From the IMG/VR virus record IMGVR_UViG_3300031466_000074: a DNA stretch of 64,000 nucleotides; one strand, given 5' to 3'. Below are positions 56,659 through 64,000 of the stretch, piece after piece (positions within the stretch are counted from its first letter, which is position 1; every line of letters begins with the position of its first letter). Source of the DNA: a virus. Below the pieces are notes generated by a model that was not told where the DNA came from, searched no databases, and saw only the letters and a list, made by a program, of their open reading frames with translations. Position numbers and translations under genes: made by a program.

Positions 56659-59004
56659 TTAACTGATGTTGCTCAAAACCTCAACGTACATATTCACCCC
56701 ACCCACGGACGGAACGATCAGAGGAACCTTACTCCAATCGATCTCCTTTTCACTGAGATCAAACAGATCAGCGATATACGCCATGTTCCGATAATGCATT
56801 TCCGGGTTTCCGCCTTTAGCGAGGAAATAATGCAGATTACTAAACAGTCTAACCTTATGCCGATTGTCCGGGAACGCAGTATCTAAAGTAATAAACGAGT
56901 TCAACGCACTCCCCAAATCATCCTCCAAACAAAAGACCACAGAAGCGTACTGAACCAGATCCGGGAAATATTTCAGATTCTCAGCAGGACAATCAAAAAC
57001 AACAGTGCGATACAAACGCTGAGCGATGAAGACGTCTTGCAGAAGTTGCAAATGGTCATCATCAAACTCCGTGTCATACAGATTTGCGATACAATCGAAA
57101 CCCCCTTCAAAGAAAGGAAGGGAAACGTTGTCTAACATAGCGGCAGATTTAAGGCTGAGAAGACCTCTCTGAACATTTTCCTCTTCTTGAAGCAAATGAT
57201 CGAGAACTCCGAAAATAAGAGAACCCTTCCGCTTCAAATCAAAGTCCACGAAAAGTGTCTTCTTACGCCGACCAGCCGCCGCCGCAAGGTTAAAAGCAGT
57301 TGTCGTTACCCCCGAGCGTCGATCCCCAGTAACAATGATGAGTTCAGGAGCATTACTGCTACCCCCACGACGTCCACTACCCACTTCCTTGACAATAACA
57401 CGCTCAACAACGACTTTATTCCGTTCTGCTTGCTCCCGCTCCAACTCTTCTGCCAGTTTCGCGGCATCCGGCAAGTCCAAGTTCTCTTCCTCAGACACCA
57501 CTTCGACCGAAGGCGTGATAATTTTCGGGGCAAATACTTGCGGAACAGAGTCAGGAATGGGTGGAACATTTTCTTGTTTAAGTTTTTCCCCCAACTCGGT
57601 CAAACGACGTGTTTTATCTTGCCAAGAGGTATCTTCACTCAGTCTTGGTGTATCTGACTCTTCCGGGTACTGAATGGTAGTCGAAGCAGATGGAGTTTCA
57701 AATTCAGATGAAGAAGGAGACTCCGACTCAGACTCAAAAGCAGTAATCGACTCAGAGGACGAATCGATCTCTTCTGTATCCAAACCCCAATTGTCCTCGT
57801 CCCCTTCTGCATCCGCAAAAACGCCATCGGATGATTCCGACTCTACCGAAGGAGTAGAAGTGTCACCGAGTGATGAAGAACCCTCATCACCAGCACCTCC
57901 CCATGAAATACCCCCACCACGAACCGTGAAATCCATCCAAGAGTCATCACCATTGACAGAATGACCCTCATCCCCAGACGAACCTTCAAGAGAACTATCC
58001 TTCCCACTCGAAGGGAAAACACCTTCATCAGATGGCGATCCCCACCCCTCCAAAGAAGACTGATCTCCCGACGAAGGAAACAACTCCTCACTACCCGAAG
58101 GAGTGTCCCAGACATCTTCCGGCGGGAAGTCATCGTCTGCCATAGGCTCTCCGAAAGAAGAAACCTCCGATGTTTCGGACGGAAACGCAGACTCATCACC
58201 AGACTGAACCTCAGTGTCCCAAGCGTCTGAAGATTCATCCTCTGGAAGCCTTACCCCCAAACCAACATCGTTACCCGATTCAAAAGAAAAACCGGGAAGC
58301 GAAACCGGAGTTTCCTCTTCAGGTAAGGAGTCTGGATTGTCGAAATACCCCTCAAAGGATTCCGGCACAGGCTCAGACGCGGGAACCTCTTCTTCCGTGG
58401 CGGGAGATTCCGCTTCCTGTCCCTTCTTTTTCTTACCCCTACCGAACAAACCAAACAAGCCGCCCTTATCCTTCTTCTTTTCCGTGGGTACAGGTTTCTT
58501 TGGTTGAGAAGTAGACTTGGGCTTGGACTCGATAGTCTCATTGATAAGGTCTTCCCCATCACCAGCAGGACTCAATGCATCTTCACAATATGTCTTTTTA
58601 ATACGGTCAATATCCCACTCAACCACCGTGAAGATAAAGGAGGGCTTAACCTTCTCACAGAGAACAACCGCTGTGTAGATAGAAGAAAAGATTCGATTAA
58701 ACAGACGATAAACCGTTTCCCCAGTAGTAATGAAGATCACGCGACAACCAAAAAAGCGTTCGTAAAGATAAGTATTGAACGACGACAAAACTTCCTCGGG
58801 TTTCACATGCTCCGAGAGATTCTCGAAATCAAAGGCATTTTGCAGAATCAACAACCGATCATGATCAATACGACGAACTTGCGTCTCCCGCATAAAGTCC
58901 TGCACGGAATTATAAGTGGTGATCTGAATATTGTCAAAGCGACCAAGAATGAGTTGCTTCAACTGATCCGCCCGTGCTTTCTTACCGATAATACCGAGCT
59001 TCAT
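56659..59004 (-). CDS. MinD/CpaE-like protein: receiver-like N-terminus, long acidic disordered linker, C-terminal ParA/MinD domain
   Basis: IIVTGDRRSGVTTTAFNLA, LFVDFD, VVFDCP; GGLFGLFGR amphipathic motif. Confidence 0.7.
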   Translation of the reverse strand: MKLGIIGKKARADQLKQLILGRFDNIQITTYNSVQDFMRETQVRRIDHDRLLILQNAFDFENLSEHVKPEEVLSSFNTYLYERFFGCRVIFITTGETVYRLFNRIFSSIYTAVVLCEKVKPSFIFTVVEWDIDRIKKTYCEDALSPAGDGEDLINETIESKPKSTSQPKKPVPTEKKKDKGGLFGLFGRGKKKKGQEAESPATEEEVPASEPVPESFEGYFDNPDSLPEEETPVSLPGFSFESGNDVGLGVRLPEDESSDAWDTEVQSGDESAFPSETSEVSSFGEPMADDDFPPEDVWDTPSGSEELFPSSGDQSSLEGWGSPSDEGVFPSSGKDSSLEGSSGDEGHSVNGDDSWMDFTVRGGGISWGGAGDEGSSSLGDTSTPSVESESSDGVFADAEGDEDNWGLDTEEIDSSSESITAFESESESPSSSEFETPSASTTIQYPEESDTPRLSEDTSWQDKTRRLTELGEKLKQENVPPIPDSVPQVFAPKIITPSVEVVSEEENLDLPDAAKLAEELEREQAERNKVVVERVIVKEVGSGRRGGSSNAPELIIVTGDRRSGVTTTAFNLAAAAGRRKKTLFVDFDLKRKGSLIFGVLDHLLQEEENVQRGLLSLKSAAMLDNVSLPFFEGGFDCIANLYDTEFDDDHLQLLQDVFIAQRLYRTVVFDCPAENLKYFPDLVQYASVVFCLEDDLGSALNSFITLDTAFPDNRHKVRLFSNLHYFLAKGGNPEMHYRNMAYIADLFDLSEKEIDWSKVPLIVPSVGGVNMYVEVLSNIS

Positions 59005-59019
59005 ATGAATACCCCCTCG

Positions 59020-60048
59020 TTAATCCAACGAAATCTCCTCGTCCGGTTGCTCATTTTTACGCTTAAACCAAGTGCGCTTCCGTTTGAGCTTCCGCTCCCC
59101 AGCAGATACACGCATATTGGCTCTCTTCTCTTCAGAAGTAAGGTTAAAGACGGTCTTAACTCCGTCCTTTTCTCCCCAAATTACTGTGAGCGGTGCGCTC
59201 AACTCGCGACTATTAAGTACATTCTCAATAGCATTATTGGGTGAGAAGGACTCCAAGTTAAACACCGTTTGCACTAGTTGACCAATCATATACTTGTTAA
59301 GGTACCGAATACGCGCAAAGTTCGCCCGCTTAAAACCAGACACCGCTTCACGGATATCCAAAAGAGCGTCATAATCGTCCTTCCGCCAATACAAACAGTA
59401 CACATCGTAAGTAGAAAATGCCCGTTGCATCGCTTTCTCCAGATAATCGTACTTCATAGTGATGAGGTAACGAAGATTCTTCCCATCAATCGAAGCGGCG
59501 GCGCTAAAAAGGTTATTCAAACGAGAATCTTTTCCGATGCTGTCCATGTAATCAATATGCGTAAACTCAATTTCTGCCTTCGCCAATTCCTTATAAACAT
59601 CCGCTATAGCCTGATGATGGTCAAAAACATAATCGTCTTCCTTACCGACGATTACCCCCTTATCGAGAGCGATGAAGACCCCACGATAACCGTTACGGAA
59701 CGTTACCACATACGGAAAGGTGTTCGATACCTCCACAATCGACCACAACAAATTTGTTCCGAACATATAGTTCGACTCTTCCAACGCCGCCCGCTTCTCC
59801 CGATAATAATGCTCCCGGAAAAGAAGAAAACGCATGACGTAAATGTACGCGATAGTCACTACCACCATCCAAAGCAGAGTTTGCCCAAGCGTGGACGCGG
59901 CAAGCGTAAGAAACATAAGAAAACCCCAAACCAACGTAAGCCCAATCCCAAGAAATACCTTAGAAGCTGTACTAGGCTTTCCACGCCGCTTCGAGTCAAA
60001 AGTCAAGGGTATTTCAATATGAGAGGTATTCTCGCGAGTAGGTTCCAT
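59020..60048 (-). CDS. Two-TM conjugation-associated membrane protein (possible PrgI/TcpE/VirB3-like)
   Basis: Two N-terminal TM helices plus a cytoplasmic domain; in the virB4 operon. Confidence 0.5.
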   Translation of the reverse strand: MEPTRENTSHIEIPLTFDSKRRGKPSTASKVFLGIGLTLVWGFLMFLTLAASTLGQTLLWMVVVTIAYIYVMRFLLFREHYYREKRAALEESNYMFGTNLLWSIVEVSNTFPYVVTFRNGYRGVFIALDKGVIVGKEDDYVFDHHQAIADVYKELAKAEIEFTHIDYMDSIGKDSRLNNLFSAAASIDGKNLRYLITMKYDYLEKAMQRAFSTYDVYCLYWRKDDYDALLDIREAVSGFKRANFARIRYLNKYMIGQLVQTVFNLESFSPNNAIENVLNSRELSAPLTVIWGEKDGVKTVFNLTSEEKRANMRVSAGERKLKRKRTWFKRKNEQPDEEISLD

Positions 60049-60060
60049 CCCTTATCCTCC

Positions 60061-60573
60061 TCAAACAAACCTAAAGTCTTCAATAATACCGTTGATAACT
60101 GTCACCAACACCCGTGCAGTATAGGTTTGCCCACCCTTCTCAAAATTCAAAAGGACATAGTAGTCCGTAAACAGCGGATCACCAAGCTGATACTGCACCT
60201 CGACAAACGAAACCTTAGAAGCCCCAATGAAACGATAGGGATCATATGACTTACCATATAACGAGCTTACAACGTTTTCCGACAATTTTGGACTTGACTT
60301 AGAAGATTGATACGATGTTGCATCCGAAACCAAGAAAAAGTTACGTACCTCCGTAATCACCGTCTGCTTGTGATCCTCATACAACAAAAAGTGCGGATTC
60401 ATGGTGGAGTTAACATAAGCGATTTGCTTATTCTCCCATACCCCCATAACCACCACCCACACCATGATCACAAACGACACTGAAAACACAACCCAATACA
60501 AGATCTTCTTCCATCGTTTCTTAGGTTGCATAGAAATGTTTCTATCTTCAACAACCGAAGATTTATCGACCAT
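60061..60573 (-). CDS. Single-TM exported protein, VirB8/NTF2-like
   Basis: N-terminal TM; C-terminal beta meander YYVLLNF...RVLVTVINGIIEDF. Confidence 0.55.
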   Translation of the reverse strand: MVDKSSVVEDRNISMQPKKRWKKILYWVVFSVSFVIMVWVVVMGVWENKQIAYVNSTMNPHFLLYEDHKQTVITEVRNFFLVSDATSYQSSKSSPKLSENVVSSLYGKSYDPYRFIGASKVSFVEVQYQLGDPLFTDYYVLLNFEKGGQTYTARVLVTVINGIIEDFRFV

Positions 60574-61009
60574 CGCGTAATACCCCCACTTCGATCTTTT
60601 CTAAACCTTGAGGTGTCCAAATAGCCTCTACACGATATCTGAAGTCCGCCGCACTAAACAGCATAAAATGACGAACCCCATTATACCCGAATGCCGTGAA
60701 AAAGGCTTCATACGCCGGAGTGTCGTAGGGGAGAGTCCCCAAAATATTTCGCACTTCTTCCGAAAAAGAGAACCCTTCTGGGATAGTTAAATTTCCAGAG
60801 TTCTCTCCAGTAGTAACGAAGTCAATCAAAACATCACGATTTTTCTCAGCTAATCTCTTAGCAGAGAGGTAGGAATCTAATGTACTTTCCACAACTCCAT
60901 TATATTCCTCAATCTCACGCGCAAGAGTTTCCGAAGATGCCCCACAAGCCGAGAGTAGTAGAGGGAGCGCCCCGAGTACAAGAACAAACAGTAAACGTCT
61001 CACGTTCAT
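60563..61009 (-). CDS. Lipoprotein
   Basis: Lipobox LLSA|C; C-terminal beta meander. Confidence 0.7.
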   Translation of the reverse strand: MNVRRLLFVLVLGALPLLLSACGASSETLAREIEEYNGVVESTLDSYLSAKRLAEKNRDVLIDFVTTGENSGNLTIPEGFSFSEEVRNILGTLPYDTPAYEAFFTAFGYNGVRHFMLFSAADFRYRVEAIWTPQGLEKIEVGVLRDGR

Positions 61010-61039
61010 ACCTCCTAATAGAAAAGGTGTTCTAGAAAC

Positions 61040-61492
61040 CTAGAACACCTTGTATAAATTTGCTATGCGTCCTTCTTCAAAGATGATCAAGGTTGTAAAC
61101 TGGCGATCCCCGGTTGGGGTACGCTGAACCAAATCCGCCTTAAAGACGAAATCCCCGGAAGGAGAAGGTTGACCAACAATACGTTTGACCGCCAGTGGAT
61201 AGTAAGTTCCTTCCTGATAGGAAGAAAAGTAGTTCAACCAAAAGTCCGATGTCATGCGAGAGAAGTAACGCTGTCGCTTAGACTGGAAGTCTTCTTCCGA
61301 ACTAAAATATAAGATGTCGGGTAACTCCAAAACCAACGACTTTGCCGTGAAATAAGCAGTCAACTCATGCTTCGTCCTATTTAATTCCGCTCGGTAGGGT
61401 GAGCCGACAATCAAGTCATAAGCGATAAACGCCACGACTATAACAAACGCCACCACGCTAGACAGCGTGAATAACCGTCTCCACGTCAACAA
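61040..61492 (-). CDS. Single-TM exported protein, VirB8/NTF2-like
   Basis: TTG start with RBS AAGGAGGGTG; TM helix; ends TLIIFEEGRIANL. Confidence 0.6.
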   Translation of the reverse strand: MLTWRRLFTLSSVVAFVIVVAFIAYDLIVGSPYRAELNRTKHELTAYFTAKSLVLELPDILYFSSEEDFQSKRQRYFSRMTSDFWLNYFSSYQEGTYYPLAVKRIVGQPSPSGDFVFKADLVQRTPTGDRQFTTLIIFEEGRIANLYKVF

Positions 61493-61889
61493 TCTCACCC
61501 TCCTTATACCAAATGAAAATAGATGCCGACTTACCATTTGAGTTGTAAAAATGAATCATTTGTTCAACTACACCCGTAGTGTCATCAAGAAACAAATAGT
61601 TTTCAATATATGGATCGAAGGGTACGTCTGGTGACTGATATTTGTTGATATGCTCAACGAATGCTCTAATATTGTCCTCGTACCCCGCATAAGGGGAGTT
61701 GGACACCGAGAACGTATTCGAGTTTAAGTAATGGATAACCTCCAAATAAAACTCCTTCGAAGGGGCTTCTGCCACCGCATAAGCCGACAAAAGAGACTGT
61801 ACTTTCTCATTCTCAGCGGTATTACCCCCTTCACACCCCACCAATACACACAAGAGCAGGAGAACAAACACCAAACGAACCCACTTCAT
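61458..61889 (-). CDS. Lipoprotein
   Basis: Lipobox LVG|C; ends IFIWYKEGEIVDV. Confidence 0.7.
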   Translation of the reverse strand: MKWVRLVFVLLLLCVLVGCEGGNTAENEKVQSLLSAYAVAEAPSKEFYLEVIHYLNSNTFSVSNSPYAGYEDNIRAFVEHINKYQSPDVPFDPYIENYLFLDDTTGVVEQMIHFYNSNGKSASIFIWYKEGEIVDVETVIHAV

Positions 61890-62650
61890 TGTCGCACCTC
61901 AAAACGAGTGAACTTATACCCCTCGAAATACAACCTGACCAATAGGGGTTTTTGCGTCACCGACGACGCGAAAGTCGCATCAAAGAAACCAGAGGACTTA
62001 TTCTCCCTCCGTAAGAAGGAGTCCTTAAAATTGTAATGATAGTCAAGGTCATTTTTCATCATCTCGAAGGTGATAGGAACAAGGGATTTCGAGATAACGT
62101 ACTCAGACCCATCATACACAACAACGTCCCAACCCTCGTCATTAAAGTGCAAATCATTAACCCGAATTACCCAATCCCCATTTTGATCAAACAAACGAGG
62201 ATCGAACATACCGAAGGTTTCTTTGTTCAAGTCGATATCCTCAATATCAGAATCTGGAACCTCGGTGTCCTCTTCATCGGAAGGGATGCTATCCAAATCA
62301 GGCATCGCTTCAATTTCCGAACCAGACATACTCTCGCTTTCCAACCACTGCGTCATATTAAAAACCTGCTCGTCCTTCGATTCCAAGTCCCGATAATGTT
62401 GCTCATAAGCAACAAACACACCCGGATCAAAGAAAGAAGAATCCACTGTCAACTGCAAATTAGGGTCGTACCAACCGTAGAAAGAAGCCGCCAAAGACTT
62501 AGCGAAAAGCAAACCATTTTCCTGCAGTGCATCAACCTTTTGCTTTTCCAAATCCCCAAGCAGTTTTGCCATTGTAACCCCTGCTACCAATAGCGTGAGA
62601 AAACTAATGATAAGCACCCACAGCAAATACTTCCGAGACAACAGCTCCAT
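61886..62650 (-). CDS. Single-TM exported protein with internal acidic loop
   Basis: N-terminal TM; ends LVRLYFEGYKFTRFEV. Confidence 0.65.
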   Translation of the reverse strand: MELLSRKYLLWVLIISFLTLLVAGVTMAKLLGDLEKQKVDALQENGLLFAKSLAASFYGWYDPNLQLTVDSSFFDPGVFVAYEQHYRDLESKDEQVFNMTQWLESESMSGSEIEAMPDLDSIPSDEEDTEVPDSDIEDIDLNKETFGMFDPRLFDQNGDWVIRVNDLHFNDEGWDVVVYDGSEYVISKSLVPITFEMMKNDLDYHYNFKDSFLRRENKSSGFFDATFASSVTQKPLLVRLYFEGYKFTRFEVRQ

Positions 62651-62663
62651 CTCAAATACCTCC

Positions 62664-64000
62664 TCAATATACTAAGAGTACATAGTTTGCGGCTGAACTC
62701 GCTTTCCGCAGTTCCTCACGACCCCACAACTTAAGGGAATCCGATACATCAGACGAAGAATACATTCGATATTTCTTCGTACCATTTTCCTCGATTAACT
62801 TATTAATAACCACAAAGTGATCCGAACCCCTTGAAGCGATTGGAGGATCGGAGAATTTAGCGATAACCAAACCCCCATTCCGCAAAGTTTCATCGATCTT
62901 ATCCCACGTACTCGTTGCACGAATATTCGAAACTTCCTTCACCTTCAAACCGAACAACCCAAAAAGAGTCGGTAACCCAGAACGCTGTAGCCCATCACTG
63001 CTAAGCGAATTTGTCATATACATAAGCGCCGCCGTTTCAGGGGGATTAATCCCGATCCGCGTCTTTGCCGTGAGGACGTAAGCAACAGAATAGATCATAC
63101 AACCATTACGAGAGAACGTCCATCTGCCATTCTTATCCCGACGAGTACTCCAAGGTTGCCCACCATACAACTCGATATCAGCACTCTGACGTTGGAAAGG
63201 CACTTGATAAGGGTCAGATTCTAAAGGATAGGCTTCACGCAAAGCCTCAGCTTTAGAATCCTCCCCTTGCTCATATGCAGAAACACCAAAGTAGTTAATC
63301 AAATTATTGATGATAGTTACTGCATCATCCGGCAACTGCGATTTCTTTACCTCTTCATAATAACGACGAGTAGTGTAGGTTTGCCCGCCAATCGTAAAGG
63401 TCGCGTTACCCTCGGGATTCTTACCCCCGTAAACGATTTCGGAGCGGAGCGGTACGACCTTCTTTTCAAGGATTTCAATAATAGCTTTTCCTTGAATGAA
63501 AGAGTTAAACCCATAATGGAAGTTCAAAGTGCGAGTTTGCATGTTACCGGAGTAGCCCGACATTTTCTTAAGCTCTTGCCAAGCCTCCTCCATCGCTACA
63601 CGCCGACTTTCAGGGTAAGTCGACATATTTGCTTCTGACATAATGAACTTCCAAACAGGCTCCTCCAAAACCCTACCATTAAGCTTCATTCTAATAGAAT
63701 TATCACCCAACTTCAACTCCGTGTGATGCTTCCACTTCGGATCATTCATACCCTCGCTACCAATAAAAATCTTACGGAACTTGTACTCCGGTACAGCAGG
63801 AAAGGCGTCTTCATCCTTATTTGTCAAAGCTACAAGTTCCCAATTATAGAGACTGCGAGTATCGTCCGAATCACCAGAAACATAGTAAAGAGCGCACCAA
63901 AAATTGAAATAATGTTCGTACTCCGTTTGAGATACCCCATGATAATGGGCTTGAAGAAGGAAATAGTAAAGCATAGTGTAAAGCTCCATACGGCGTTTCT
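62664..64000 (-). CDS. C39-like (papain-fold) peptidase domain protein, probably 5'-truncated by the window edge
   Basis: Q-P-W...GCMIYSVAYVL (Cys) and SDHFVVI (His); frame stays open upstream of the Met at 63989. Confidence 0.7.
   Translation of the reverse strand, partial: KRRMELYTMLYYFLLQAHYHGVSQTEYEHYFNFWCALYYVSGDSDDTRSLYNWELVALTNKDEDAFPAVPEYKFRKIFIGSEGMNDPKWKHHTELKLGDNSIRMKLNGRVLEEPVWKFIMSEANMSTYPESRRVAMEEAWQELKKMSGYSGNMQTRTLNFHYGFNSFIQGKAIIEILEKKVVPLRSEIVYGGKNPEGNATFTIGGQTYTTRRYYEEVKKSQLPDDAVTIINNLINYFGVSAYEQGEDSKAEALREAYPLESDPYQVPFQRQSADIELYGGQPWSTRRDKNGRWTFSRNGCMIYSVAYVLTAKTRIGINPPETAALMYMTNSLSSDGLQRSGLPTLFGLFGLKVKEVSNIRATSTWDKIDETLRNGGLVIAKFSDPPIASRGSDHFVVINKLIEENGTKKYRMYSSSDVSDSLKLWGREELRKASSAANYVLLVY

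Larger units (their letters stand above)
1..64000. mobile_element. Part of a large conjugative extrachromosomal element (megaplasmid or giant ICE-like) of Bacillota
   Basis: T4SS-like ATPases, ParMR, self-encoded helicase, topoisomerase, ligase and tdk; high hypothetical fraction; no core chromosomal or virion genes. Confidence 0.75.

Noticed and set aside
1-64000. tRNA, rRNA, IS elements, integrase or att sites, group I/II introns, inteins
   Set aside because: No cloverleaf, rRNA-like tract, transposase, recombinase, reverse transcriptase or intein motif was recognised by eye; tRNAscan-SE, ISEScan and Infernal would be needed to be certain.

Overview
This window is a 64 kb segment of a large, low-to-mid GC extrachromosomal element, most likely a conjugative megaplasmid or giant ICE-like replicon from a Bacillota host (host inferred from strong GGAGG RBSs and sigmaA-type promoters). 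Essentially all credible genes lie on the minus strand. There are no rRNA, tRNA, CRISPR arrays, IS elements, phage structural genes or core chromosomal operons. In transcription order (right to left) it carries five blocks. (1) A Gram-positive T4SS-like transfer region: C39-like peptidase, five small VirB8/NTF2-like exported proteins, a MinD-like protein, VirB4, an FtsK/SpoIIIE-type coupling ATPase, an acidic YPEEDD-repeat protein and a lipoprotein. (2) Its own DNA metabolism genes: tdk, SprT-like protease, SNF2 helicase, DnaC-like protein, both type IIA topoisomerase subunits and a DnaB-like helicase. (3) A ParM/ParR partition pair followed by a pilin-like gene, membrane proteins and an ATPase. 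(4) An EAL phosphodiesterase, a stand-alone primase Zn finger, a RuvC-like resolvase, a minimal NAD-dependent ligase and an ATP-grasp protein. (5) A 2863-aa secreted glycine-rich protein, an M23 peptidase and a Tad/Flp pilus locus that runs off the left edge. The most striking observations are a strongly strand-polarised hexamer (GGGGTA on the coding strand, about 150 copies by eye), a topoisomerase with quinolone-resistance-type residues, the Tad-plus-T4SS combination, several catalytically eroded enzymes, and three small ORFs missed by the ORF track. All protein calls come from motifs read by eye; no database searches were run.
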